From the NCBI GenBank assembly GCA_049322915.1, contig JBMOPW010000034.1, positions 424,567 to 488,566 on the forward strand: 64,000 bases of DNA, in the 5' to 3' direction. The notes below the pieces were generated by a model. It was given only the letters and a program-made list of their open reading frames with translations. It searched no databases and was not told the origin of the DNA. How positions within the stretch are numbered: position 1 is the stretch's first letter; each line of letters begins with the position of its first letter. Made by a program: the position numbers and the translations under genes. Origin of the DNA: Candidatus Zhuqueibacterota bacterium. GTDB taxonomy: Bacteria; Zhuqueibacterota; Zhuqueibacteria; Thermofontimicrobiales; Thermofontimicrobiaceae. Positions 18,575-28,892 of this stretch are shown here, one piece after another.

Positions 18575-20165
18575 GCTTTTCCTCCTTCTTTGTATTGTTG
18601 ATCTTTCTCATTGTTGAAAAGAGCGTTTCATAAAATCGGTAATATAACATAGCGTTTAATTGTTGATCCTGTAATGGACTGTAATCAATTTTACCACTTA
18701 TTTTATTTAGTTTTTCTAACCGTGAGAATTCCTTTTTGCTTTTCAGCTTATCATTAATCCAATTACAATTTATATTTGTTTTTTCAATAAATTCGAGCAA
18801 GTTAACTTCCCTGTTTTTACAGTTCACCAATTTTTTACGCGCAGTGTCTCTTAATTTTTCGAATAGACCAAGATACTCTTTATAAATATTGTTTTTATTG
18901 GGATCAACATCAGTATTGATTTTACTGAGATCAATACTTTTTAATATCGCTAAAAGCCGGCCAATAAGAGAATTTGTTGGATAGGTTTGTCTATAGAATC
19001 CATCCGCTTCTTTCAATTCTTCCTGCGCTAAATATTCAGCGTATTTTAGATAACTATCTTTTATTAATTGTGTCATTACATTAATTGTTAATTCCGGTAT
19101 TTTACCTTTTGGCTCTGAAAATGTCGCTCTATTCGTATAAGTCTGTTTAACCAATGTTTCACCATTTTGCCAGCCCAAAATACACTGCCCAAAACCTTCA
19201 CGAGTGCGTTCACCGATACCTGTTTTTTCAAATTGTTTAATTCGATCAAACTCATCCTTTGTAATTTTAAGCAAAAATGTTGAACCGGCAAGGAAGCAGC
19301 TTTCTGAAGGCTTCTTTAATTTCCAGACGCCAACAAAACTTTCTGTTTCACCTTTCTTTATAAATGACTTAATAATTTGCGCTGGTTCTATTTCTAAATA
19401 TTCTGATAGCGCTTTTTTATTGAAAACAGGAAAACCATTTTCATCATATAAAATCGTATTGGAAAGCAATGTTAAAGAAATTTCGTCTTCAAATTCAACA
19501 TCTCTGTCCATATCTTTAATTGAAGAAACTTCAAAATTTAGAGAAACCTTGCCATACTGCGCGTTCCTGGAGCGACCGATATATGCTATCGGATCAGGTT
19601 TAAACAGATCAGCTAAATCTTTCAGTATTTGTACATCGCCAAGAATTTCCCCTTGAAATAGCTGGCCTGAATCAATTGATTCATAATTAAAAATTTGTCC
19701 TTCTTCTGTAATTCCTGTTTCCCGATTTCTTGCATGATGAAAATTTAGAGATGTCACTGTATTTTTAACGAAGATTTGTTCTTCGCTTATTGAGCAGAAT
19801 TCACCTAAACTTTTAGTCGATTTATCAGGTCTGTCATAAAGCAAATCGAAAATCTCCTCTCCATATTTCTCTTTCTGTATCGAACAAGGCATTGTTAGAT
19901 GATTGTAAATAGTTCCATTATCCTCATGACAAATATAGGCATTTCTGTAAAAGACATCCTGAGATAAAAACATCTTTTGAAAGCCGGGATTTTTATGTGC
20001 ATTCTCATAAGATAAATTATTTTTCGCAATGTATCTTTTTGCAAGTATTCCCAGCACAACGTTCCCGGGAATGCAATGCTCAGTATTTACCATATTCATG
20101 TCACCATGTTTAGCCGATAACACAACAGGTGATTGTGTTCTTATTATGTATGTAATTGATTTCAT
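18561..20165 (-). CDS. Csx10/Cas5-like RAMP with a helical C-terminal extension (probable fused Cas11)
   Basis: IPGNVVLG, IGRSRNAQYG, AGS and GIGERTREGFG glycine loops; helical C-terminus of about 170 aa. Confidence 0.75.
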   Translation of the reverse strand: MKSITYIIRTQSPVVLSAKHGDMNMVNTEHCIPGNVVLGILAKRYIAKNNLSYENAHKNPGFQKMFLSQDVFYRNAYICHEDNGTIYNHLTMPCSIQKEKYGEEIFDLLYDRPDKSTKSLGEFCSISEEQIFVKNTVTSLNFHHARNRETGITEEGQIFNYESIDSGQLFQGEILGDVQILKDLADLFKPDPIAYIGRSRNAQYGKVSLNFEVSSIKDMDRDVEFEDEISLTLLSNTILYDENGFPVFNKKALSEYLEIEPAQIIKSFIKKGETESFVGVWKLKKPSESCFLAGSTFLLKITKDEFDRIKQFEKTGIGERTREGFGQCILGWQNGETLVKQTYTNRATFSEPKGKIPELTINVMTQLIKDSYLKYAEYLAQEELKEADGFYRQTYPTNSLIGRLLAILKSIDLSKINTDVDPNKNNIYKEYLGLFEKLRDTARKKLVNCKNREVNLLEFIEKTNINCNWINDKLKSKKEFSRLEKLNKISGKIDYSPLQDQQLNAMLYYRFYETLFSTMRKINNTKKEEKHGDK

Positions 20166-20818
20166 ATTAATCCCTCCATTTGCTTTTCTATTGAAAGGAG
20201 TTTATCTTTATCAAATAGTTCGCATTCAACTTCGCCCAGCCCTTTGTTACGTTTAGCGCCAAAACTTCTGAAATTCGAGCAAGCTGCAATAAGCGTATTA
20301 GTAATTACTTGTTGCGCTGAATCATCATGTATTATAATTTTGCCATAAAATTCATGGTTTTTTCTAACGAGACGCATTGTTCGCAATGAATTTTTAAGAG
20401 CAATGCCGTCATCAGCAATTGCCGTTTGATGTCGTTCTTCAGTGAACATTTCAATAATGACATCCTTTGAAAGAATCCCCGAATAATCTTTAGATTTCCA
20501 GAAATATTTCAGCCATCGAGTATTTTCGTCATATTGATTAATAACCAGGTTTTCAAAATAAACAGGAGCTTCTTTTTGCTGACCTTTTTCACCAAAAGTC
20601 TTATCTATATCCAATTTCATATCAATACCGGCAAGTTTAATCATCTCCTCTACATCTTTAGCTGAATCAAGTAAGCAACCTTTAATTCGCTTGGCGGGAA
20701 TATAGGGAATACCCAAATCGTCATAAACGACATCCACGTCAATCAACGCTCCGTATCCCGTTCCTGAACCAATTAATGCCGGTGATTTCAGTCGAAGTTT
20801 TAGCGTATATTCAATCAT
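20162..20818 (-). CDS. cas7: Cas7-group RAMP protein
   Basis: SPALIGSG, GIPYIPAKRIKG, SLRT and GAKRNKGLG. Confidence 0.85.
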   Translation of the reverse strand: MIEYTLKLRLKSPALIGSGTGYGALIDVDVVYDDLGIPYIPAKRIKGCLLDSAKDVEEMIKLAGIDMKLDIDKTFGEKGQQKEAPVYFENLVINQYDENTRWLKYFWKSKDYSGILSKDVIIEMFTEERHQTAIADDGIALKNSLRTMRLVRKNHEFYGKIIIHDDSAQQVITNTLIAACSNFRSFGAKRNKGLGEVECELFDKDKLLSIEKQMEGLI

Positions 20819-22569
20819 TCTAAATCTCCTTCCAGTTTTAATGGATAAAATTCCATCAGCTCTATCATGTCAAAATAGGGAGTTTGATTTTCTGTATCTC
20901 CTTTTTCATTTGATATATTGAAAAACAAATCTTTTGATCTCCCCTTAATTGTAGGCAATGACCTACCCCTGTATTCCAACTCCTGAACAAATTGAGTTAA
21001 TGATTCTTGTGACAATGTTAACATTCTTCTAAATTCTTTTATTTTAGAATTTGGCAGCTTTTCCAACTCTTTTGTATTATTAATTAGCTGTATAAAACTT
21101 TTATCATGATTTGTTTCAGAAATTAATTTATACGGTCGGAACAAAAGATTACCGTTTATTACCTGGTAATGCACTTTCCGAATTTCTTCAAGATCTCCGG
21201 CAAGCCCGCCGTAAGCAATATGAAAATCAATAAAAGAACCTTTCTCATCATTATTCCGCCTATAGGCTTTTGCATTATTACATAATTGCTCTGCGAGGTC
21301 ATATCCCCGATAAAAAGGATATTTTGATTTTATAATTGCCACGCCGGCGCTTGCTGTAATGCCTGGATTCTTTTCATGTTTTTCAAAATATTCAATGAAT
21401 TTTTTGGCAAAAAAGATTCCGAGTTTTCCATCGCATACAAATGTTACATCATCTCCACCTAAAATAATTTGTCGTATTGGGAGTACTTTACGTATAGACT
21501 TTTCTTTTATTGAATCTACAAATTTTGACTTATCTTCGGTTGTAAGCCAACTTTTCAATTTGGTCTCAAATTCTTCTTCGAGATATTGAGAATTAATATG
21601 GTGACGAAGTTCACTGACGGATTTTTCAGATAAACCAATTTCTATTAATTCTTTAATAAGTTTTTCTCTGATTACATACTCTACAGGAAAATAGTTACTA
21701 TTATCTTTTGGATCATCCTCAAATCCGAGAAAATCCATAAGTTGTATATAGTCGTCACGAATGTATTTTATTAATTTTTTAAATGATTCAAATGAGACTT
21801 TTTTGACTGTCGCTGAAAGCTTTCTCAAATCTTCTAAAGAATTTTGTTTTTTGAAAAGCTCTCCCATATCATTCCCGTCAATATGAACAATAGCAATGTG
21901 ACTGTCAGAATTTTTCAATTGCCCTAATTGTTCAAGTTGGCTTGTGAGGCAGAAATTCTCTCCTAAAATATCTGAATAATCATCATCCAATTCATTCTGT
22001 ACCTGAGGCCAGGCGTTTAATTTAGCATAAGACACGCTCGATACATATTTTTCCTGATCCTCATGCCATTTTTCTTGAGACAAGCCGCTGTTGGTACACT
22101 CGGATGTTATGCCATGTCTCGGCAATGTTGTTTGCGGCATATAATTAAATTTATTTTCCTGTAATAATTTAAACAAATCATCTTTTGATTCTTTAAACTT
22201 AGACGATTCGATATTTAGTTCCCCCAAAGCAACGGCTGTTATAATTCCAGGAGTTTTAACAAGTAGCTTTTTTGTCCAATTCTTAACAAATTGTTTTGCT
22301 TTTAGAGGTTCTGCAAACAATAGCAGCGCATTACCTCCGCCAATATAACCTATGTCAAAGGGTTCCTTTGGGTGACCAAGTTCATTTTCCCATGACTTAA
22401 AATCTATTTTTTCACCTACGAAAAGTTCAGTTACAGCTTCTTGTAAATATTTTTCATAAACAGATTTAACCAGGTAGGACGCGCCAAGATTTTCTTTCAA
22501 TTTCCTGCTTTGAAAAATATATTTTTGAATAGAAACTGTATCAATTAGCACAGCATGATAAACGCTCAT
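20815..22569 (-). CDS. cas10: Cas10 (HD-less, intact GGDD palm)
   Basis: IQKYIF...GAS, YIGGGN, IVHIDGNDMG, LGGDDVTF, SAGVAI..K.PF; no N-terminal HD domain (584 aa). Confidence 0.95.
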   Translation of the reverse strand: MSVYHAVLIDTVSIQKYIFQSRKLKENLGASYLVKSVYEKYLQEAVTELFVGEKIDFKSWENELGHPKEPFDIGYIGGGNALLLFAEPLKAKQFVKNWTKKLLVKTPGIITAVALGELNIESSKFKESKDDLFKLLQENKFNYMPQTTLPRHGITSECTNSGLSQEKWHEDQEKYVSSVSYAKLNAWPQVQNELDDDYSDILGENFCLTSQLEQLGQLKNSDSHIAIVHIDGNDMGELFKKQNSLEDLRKLSATVKKVSFESFKKLIKYIRDDYIQLMDFLGFEDDPKDNSNYFPVEYVIREKLIKELIEIGLSEKSVSELRHHINSQYLEEEFETKLKSWLTTEDKSKFVDSIKEKSIRKVLPIRQIILGGDDVTFVCDGKLGIFFAKKFIEYFEKHEKNPGITASAGVAIIKSKYPFYRGYDLAEQLCNNAKAYRRNNDEKGSFIDFHIAYGGLAGDLEEIRKVHYQVINGNLLFRPYKLISETNHDKSFIQLINNTKELEKLPNSKIKEFRRMLTLSQESLTQFVQELEYRGRSLPTIKGRSKDLFFNISNEKGDTENQTPYFDMIELMEFYPLKLEGDLE

Positions 22570-22582
22570 TTATTGCTCCTTT

Positions 22583-23893
22583 CTATTCATGAAATAGATA
22601 ATTTTTAAAACTTGTGACTAGTTTTTCTTTTTTTATATCATTTATACCGAGTATTCTAATTCGATCTTCACTGGTGCCAGTTTCATAAATTAATTCTTCT
22701 TGCAATTGTTCTTTTCTGCTATTATCAAGAAATGTTACAACAACAGCTTTTGCTTCATCTCCGCCTATTTGCCTTGTACGTAGGATAATTTCAAAACCTT
22801 TACTTTTGCATAATTTTTTAGTGCTATCCGTCGTTACAGAGACGCCGGTTAATTGATAGCCATATATGAATAATATATCCAGTTCGAAATAAAGATCCGG
22901 ATTTATTTTAATCCATTCCGGTTTTCGTATTTCCCAATTTGAATACATCTTTAATCTTTGATCTAAAAAGTTGTCACTAAGGACCTTTATTAAATAATCC
23001 TCTAACCAAAAACCATCTATATAAGTTAGAGCTTTGGTAAATTTTTTCCTGTCAATTTCCCAATTAAATTTTTTATCTGAATTAAATATCTGATATTCTT
23101 CCGGCATTGATTGAATAACTGAAACAAAAATATCATTTGGCGTAAAATTATCAATTTTTATCTTATCGAGATCAGACGGCTTTTTGGCAAGATCATAATT
23201 TTTATTATAAAAAAGTGAGCGATAGTAACCATCAGTTTCATTGAATAAAATATCAAGTTTATCCTGCTCAATAATTTCACTCATTTTGAGGATCATATTA
23301 TCAAAGATATTTATTTTATCCTCATTTTTTCGTTCAAAGCCATGCAACTTAATTAAATCCATAAAATCAAGACTTACTTTCTCTCTCAAGCTGTCTGCTA
23401 TTAATCCATCATCATCATCCATTAACCTGAAATTTCGTGCATCCAGGTATGAGAATGATTTACTAGTACAATTATCTAAATTTTTTAAATAATTGTATAC
23501 ATGAATACTCATTGATTTTGTACCACCTGTATAATTAAAGTGGAACACATCAAGTCTATTTAAAAAATTATCATGTATTGTAGAAATAATATTTCGCGCA
23601 TCACTTACATCAGAAAGCCCAACTTTTTGAAGAGGGAAATTCAATGAATTATGCTTGCCTTCCCATTCTTTTCGTATGATTTTTTCAAGTTGCTCTGCCT
23701 GTAAATACGAACCTTTTTGTAAACGATTATCCTCTGAATGAATTAGCCAAATTCTCTCCAAATTTGAATTATTCAATAGAAAATATTGCGCAACTACAAA
23801 ATTAGGTAAAGGATTCGTCCCAATTAACAAAATTAAGTCCTGAAAATTATATTCACTCAATTGAATTCTCCTTTTGTTTTTTAAATGATACAA
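22583..23893 (-). CDS. Second CARF + nuclease effector (DUF1887/Can2-like); likely TTG start at 23860
   Basis: LLIGTNPLPN, FNYTGGTKSM, GFWLEDY, FELDIL..GYQL.GVS and RQIGGDEA. Confidence 0.8.
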   Translation of the reverse strand: MYHLKNKRRIQLSEYNFQDLILLIGTNPLPNFVVAQYFLLNNSNLERIWLIHSEDNRLQKGSYLQAEQLEKIIRKEWEGKHNSLNFPLQKVGLSDVSDARNIISTIHDNFLNRLDVFHFNYTGGTKSMSIHVYNYLKNLDNCTSKSFSYLDARNFRLMDDDDGLIADSLREKVSLDFMDLIKLHGFERKNEDKINIFDNMILKMSEIIEQDKLDILFNETDGYYRSLFYNKNYDLAKKPSDLDKIKIDNFTPNDIFVSVIQSMPEEYQIFNSDKKFNWEIDRKKFTKALTYIDGFWLEDYLIKVLSDNFLDQRLKMYSNWEIRKPEWIKINPDLYFELDILFIYGYQLTGVSVTTDSTKKLCKSKGFEIILRTRQIGGDEAKAVVVTFLDNSRKEQLQEELIYETGTSEDRIRILGINDIKKEKLVTSFKNYLFHE

Positions 23894-24207
23894 ATTTTAA
23901 TTGTTGTAATCATTATAAACAACTTTGTCACAACCTTGTGAAACGATTTCAGAAAAAATAAAAAATCGAAACTTACTATTAAAAACCAAAATCATTCCAA
24001 GCTTTCTTCATACAATAAAATCAAACTAATATATTGTTAATATTATCTAAAATGTAGACATCAATTGTATGAATTCTTAATAAATGTTGCCTGTATGCAA
24101 CAAATGCGTTGCATTTTTGTGACATTTCTTAGAATAATTTGTTGTTGATATTTTGAGTGCGTGAGAAGTTTGATGAATGAATTTTACAATTAAATCGTTT
24201 TTTTGGA

Positions 24208-25353
24208 TCATTCAAATATATGAATTTTCGTTTTGTCTAATTTAATTCCATAGGATTTTCTATATTGCCCAATAGATGAGACACTATAATATCCAGCCCT
24301 CTCATCATCGTTCAGCGCAGTGTAAATTTTTTTCCTGATTCGGGACAAATATTGGCACACTCTATTGAATGATAAGTATCCATTTTCCAATGTATCAATA
24401 AATCTTTCAACTGCTGATGAAGAAGCTATTTCGCGGTAGTAAAGGAGTACTTGTTTTGTAGAATTAAGCGGGAACCATTCACCTTCAGCTTTTTCAAAAT
24501 ATAATTCGTAAGCTTTTACACAAAGCTTTTCATCTCTGTGCTTGCTTCTTTCTGCATAATAGCGGTAAAAGGCCATTTCAATAGGTGAAAAATGAATTAT
24601 CTTATCACCGATTTTAATGGTTTTTTTGAGAGTATTTAAAATGAGCGGGAACAGGGTAGGCATTTGTTCCAAATCTGCTTGTGTAATTCGAACCATTTCA
24701 GAAAAGTTAAAATCTTCCTCGCCAAATAGAATCGGTATTGTCTTTTTTAACCTAACATAAGGAATTTCTATGAGACTGATTCTGGCTAGCGATGTTGAGA
24801 TTATTTTCCCATTAACAGTAAGTAAATTAAAATGTGCTTGTGGTATGTAGTAAAAGTCAGGATGATTTTCAAACTGTTCAGGGGTAACTAATATATGATA
24901 TAATTTGTCCTGAGGACGACCAAAAAATTGCAGGGCATAAGCAAAATAAACGCTCATCGTTTTTCGACCACCAGCTAATGAGCAGTGTAAAACAGTATCA
25001 GGAAATGAGGTTAACTTTTTTAATGTATGAAGCATTACATTCATCAACGGCAGATTAATTTCTGCAATATTATCAATATCGGAAGGGACAGAAGGGGCAA
25101 CCAGTATACTGTCGAAACCAAAATTTATCGATCGATAATCAATTTTCCACTCCATGCAAAATTCATAATATTTTCCAGTTTTGAAATTGAGTAACTTTTC
25201 ACTCAGAACTTCAAAACATTCATCTGTCGTGATAATTACTATATCTTCAACAGGAATGTGTTTTTGAATCATTAAGGCATAAAGTGTCTCGGTAAATATT
25301 TGAGGAGTTTTTCCAAGGAGAGAAAGTAAGATATGTTTTTTTGGTTGGTCCAT
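24208..25353 (-). CDS. CARF protein of the NE0113/TIGR02584 family with a C-terminal wHTH-like region
   Basis: LLGKTPQIFTETLYAL, LHCSLAGGRKTMS, GRPQDKLYHILV..FE.HPDFY; C-terminal SRIRKKI...YGI. Confidence 0.85.
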   Translation of the reverse strand: MDQPKKHILLSLLGKTPQIFTETLYALMIQKHIPVEDIVIITTDECFEVLSEKLLNFKTGKYYEFCMEWKIDYRSINFGFDSILVAPSVPSDIDNIAEINLPLMNVMLHTLKKLTSFPDTVLHCSLAGGRKTMSVYFAYALQFFGRPQDKLYHILVTPEQFENHPDFYYIPQAHFNLLTVNGKIISTSLARISLIEIPYVRLKKTIPILFGEEDFNFSEMVRITQADLEQMPTLFPLILNTLKKTIKIGDKIIHFSPIEMAFYRYYAERSKHRDEKLCVKAYELYFEKAEGEWFPLNSTKQVLLYYREIASSSAVERFIDTLENGYLSFNRVCQYLSRIRKKIYTALNDDERAGYYSVSSIGQYRKSYGIKLDKTKIHIFE

Positions 25354-25759
25354 ATCAAACTATTTTTAATAAATTTAATAAGAAATAGGGGAAAATATAT
25401 CAGGAAGTAAAATAAAGTCTTTGATCATTGAACAGGAACGTCACGATTTAAATATAATGTAATTCAAGTTAAATGTCAATAATATTTTTTAATTTATTAA
25501 TATATTTTGCTGTAAGAAACATTTTCGTCATTGACAACGCTGCTATTTATATTTGACATGACAAATAAATTTAAAATTTCCTCAGTTTATATTCATTTCG
25601 GTGATAGGGAATATAGAACCCAAATCTAATAAAAGCGAATAAATATCCGTAATAATAGACTCAATAAAATGATAAAACAGATGATTCTCATTTTATTATA
25701 TCCTTGTTATCTGAGTTCATTCCTCTTAAAAAAACTTGGATAAAATATATTGTTACATT

Positions 25760-25980
25760 CGCTTTATCGGCGCAAATCCGCGTAATCAGCGCGGCACGTC
25801 CGCCTTTGATTTGGCGGATCATCCGCGTTCTATTAATGATAGCGCCGGTTTAATCTGATAACGCTAATCACCCCAAAGGCGAATGCACCTGCTGCACATT
25901 TTCACAGATATATTTATCCGCCTCAACAGTGCGGTACGTCCGCCTTTAATTTGGTGGATCATCCGCGTTCCATTCTGCGC
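25760..25980. repeat. Two palindromic REP-like units
   Basis: GCGG(C/T)ACGTCCGCCTTT(G/A)ATTTGG(C/T)GGATCATCCGCGTTC occurs twice and is related to unit B at 27118-27960. Confidence 0.75.
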
Positions 25981-26066
25981 TGAAATCGTTTCATGGCGCA
26001 GGATGGCGCTGCTGCTACAGTCGCCACCCTGCTAACCATTCATTCAATTACTGTTTGCTGCACCAA

Positions 26067-26639
26067 TTACAACGGCTTTTCCTTTTCCGCTGCGCCTGTG
26101 CCGCCCGGCCGATCTTTCGCTGTCACAAGAACACGCACCGTGCTGCCGGGAGCAACAGCCTGCGTCGCCGTATAAATCCATAGGCCGCTGTTGACTGGCT
26201 TTTCTTCGGCCATTCCGTTTTCAACCGCTTGCCCGGCGCTTGTCATAATCGCCACGCTCACTTCGGTCACATCAAAATCATCGTGAGCGCGGATGCGGAT
26301 CACGTCGCCGGCATTGCCGCCATAACCGCTGATGTCCACCTCATCCACAGACGGTGCATTGAAAAAGTCGGCAATCGTCAGGCTGAATACCGGCTTTCCC
26401 TTTGCAGTGGCTGCATCGTCATAAAGCGCCTTTGCCTCGGGGTCAGCCATCACCATCTTGCCGTACAGCGCCGCCTGTCGGAACCGTTCGCGCGTCGCCT
26501 GTTGCGCTTCAGTTGCTTCCCGGCCTTCCATATCCGGCACGCGGGACAGCACCACTTCGTCGCCATAACGCTTGAACACCAGATCCCCGACTTTGCCGCG
26601 GATCTTTTCAATAATCGGATTTACCTTTACTTTTGCCAT
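26067..26639 (-). CDS. Hypothetical protein (basic N-terminus, Ig-like C-terminal part)
   Basis: ATG at 26639 with a GGAGGC RBS; IRGKVGDLVF...Q...RERF N-terminus; no confident family. Confidence 0.7.
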   Translation of the reverse strand: MAKVKVNPIIEKIRGKVGDLVFKRYGDEVVLSRVPDMEGREATEAQQATRERFRQAALYGKMVMADPEAKALYDDAATAKGKPVFSLTIADFFNAPSVDEVDISGYGGNAGDVIRIRAHDDFDVTEVSVAIMTSAGQAVENGMAEEKPVNSGLWIYTATQAVAPGSTVRVLVTAKDRPGGTGAAEKEKPL

Positions 26640-26869
26640 AGAGGCCTCCATTGAATTGGTTCATTGTGCTGTGAATTAATGATGAAGTATCTGCTCCCGC
26701 ACTCTTTCCTGCTGTTGAAACAGATTCTATCGTCTCGTTCCTGGATAAAAATACGAAACCAACTGTGTGTTGCAATCCAATGATTGTCATGAATGACTAT
26801 GCTAAGGTATGATCCAGTTATCCTCCTTTCATCTTCCTTACATCTTCCCTATTAAATTATCTTCGTGCT

Positions 26870-28130
26870 ATCTCAATCCTGCATAGAACACGGATGACGC
26901 TGATGACACTGATCAACGCGGATAAAGCAAAAACGATTTTTTTTAATCTGTGAAAATCCGCGTCATCCGCGTGTTATTGTTTTTCAATCCCGAATAGAAC
27001 ACGGATGACGCAGATTACGCTGATCAACGCGGATAAAGCAAAAACGATTTTTTTTATCTGTGAAAATCCGCGTCATCCGTGTCATCTGCGTGCTATTATT
27101 TTTCAAGCTATGAACATGCGCCGAAGGACGCATCTGCCTCTGGCATGATCCGCGCGGAACGTCCGCCTTCTGTTTGGCGGATCATCTGCGTGCTATATCT
27201 TTTCTTTCATTGCTGAAAATCTTTCTCTTAAACTCCGCTTTCTTTCCAAAATTTAACAACAATCCAATTTCTATTCTTGTAGCTTTCAAATAATTAATCA
27301 ACTGCGCTTCATGTTCTTTACAAAGACTCTCAGCCGCTTTCAGCTCAACAATAACCATGTCATCGACCAATAAATCAGCGTAATATTCTCCAACTTCTTC
27401 AGATTCATAAAATACTTTTATGTTTTTCTGTTGTAAAACCTTACATCCCATCTTTTGCAACTCAATTCTCAGCGCATTTTCATAGACTTTTTCTAAAAAT
27501 CCAAAACCGAGAATGTTATTCACTTTAAAAAAAGCCTTGAGTATTTTATCCGTTGTATCCGAGTGCAACATATTATTTCTTCAGTTTTTGATTAGAAAAT
27601 AATTCAGTTTGAATTGAACACGGATAAGCCTCATAAAAAGTAGCGGACCATCTGCGTGCTATCTTTTTTCAATCCTGCATAGAACACGGATGACGCAGAT
27701 TACGCTGATCAACGCGGATAAAGCAAAAGCGATTTTTTTTTATCTGTGAAAATGCGCCGAAGGACGCATCTGCCTCTGGCATGATCCGCGCGGAGCGTCC
27801 GCCTTCTTTTTGGCGGATCTTCAGTGCGGAACGTCCGCCTTCTGTTTGGCGGATCATCCGCGTGCTATTGTTTTTCAAGCTATGAACAAGCGCCGAAGGA
27901 CGCATCTGCCTCTGGCATGATCCGCGCGGAACGTCCGTCTTCTGTTTGGCGGATTATCCGTGTCATCTGCGTGCTATCTTTTTCAATCCCGAATAGAACA
28001 CGGATGACGCAGATTACGCTGATCAACGCGGATAAAGCAAAAACAAATTTGTTAATCTGTGAAAATCCGCGTTATCCGTGTCATCCGCGTGCTATTGTTT
28101 TTCAATCCCAAAATAGAACACGGATCGAGC
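26870..28130. repeat. Mosaic array of palindromic repeats flanking a GxxExxY gene
   Basis: Unit A (ATAGAACACGGATGACGCAGATTACGCTGATCAACGCGGATAAAGC...ATCTGTGAAAAT) at about 26875, 26985, 27670 and 27985. Unit B (GCGCCGAAGGACGCATCTGCCTCTGGCATGATCCGCGCGG...TTTGGCGGAT) at about 27118, 27754 and 27890. Confidence 0.9.
27182..27571 (-). CDS. GxxExxY protein (PD-(D/E)XK-like)
   Basis: LGFGFLEKVYENAL, YADLLVD...VELKA, AQLINYL and GLLLNFG. Confidence 0.93.
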   Translation of the reverse strand: MLHSDTTDKILKAFFKVNNILGFGFLEKVYENALRIELQKMGCKVLQQKNIKVFYESEEVGEYYADLLVDDMVIVELKAAESLCKEHEAQLINYLKATRIEIGLLLNFGKKAEFKRKIFSNERKDIARR

Positions 28131-28139
28131 AGAAGCCAT

Positions 28140-28396
28140 TTTCGCTGTTTCAAAAACCGCGGCGGCGGTTCGGTGACGAACGTCTCGAACATACGCGTAT
28201 AAGCGCACTGCGTCCGCAGCATACAATCTCTGCATGCCTGATTCTTTTGCATGGTGCAAACCGTCCGGCGCAGGGCATGACCAAAGGCGCCCCGAAGCAA
28301 TGACCCCTTCCATGAGGGCAGGCTGCAATCTCTCTGCGCTGTGAGATGAAATCGTAATTTGATGTAGTGAAGATGGGGCAAAATATACTCGTGCAT
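28140..28396 (-). pseudogene. cas6: Truncated second cas6 (N-terminal ~82 aa only)
   Basis: LPSWKGSLLRGAFGHALRRTVC...CRDCML..QCAY..MFET aligns with the N-terminus of the cas6 at 7281-8294; the frame then runs into the repeat array and stops at 28052. Confidence 0.8.
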
Positions 28397-28628
28397 TTCT
28401 TGCTCCCGGAGTTTTGATACAACACGAAATATGATGCGGAAATTACAAAGTGGTCAAAGAATGTAAGACATAAAACATGGATGATGTATCGACAAAATCA
28501 AAATTAAGATAATGGAATTATTTGAAAATGTCAACAGGAAAATCAACGTGTGTTAAAATATATTGCACATTTTTTACAACGAGTTGCTGGCAACGACACA
28601 TTTGAAATAGGTGTTCCCTTTAGATTAA

Positions 28629-28728
28629 TGATGTTGTTGATAAATCCCATTTCTCGAAAATTTATAATGTGTAAGTCCAATATTTAAGTTATGAAAATTG
28701 TAAAAAAGGGACTAAATCAACTACATCA
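28629..28728. mobile_element. 100-bp MITE-like element, copy 1
   Basis: Ends TGATGTTGTTGAT...ATCAACTACATCA, flanked by TTAA/TTAA; 98/100 identical to 34352-34451. Confidence 0.85.
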
Positions 28729-28892
28729 TTAATAAATCAAAACCGAATAACCACTTATCCCATCACTGGCTTATACACTGGTCGCCAGTCCGGCGATACA
28801 ATCATTCCCACCCAACTCACTGATAAATCTATCAATTAACCATCTCTACTAATTGACTGTCCTGGGCGGATCAATATGGCTCAGAAATGAAA

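Noticed and set aside
27669..28328. ORFs across the palindromic repeat array
   Set aside because: They are translations of repeats; only the cas6-like N-terminal fragment has protein motifs.
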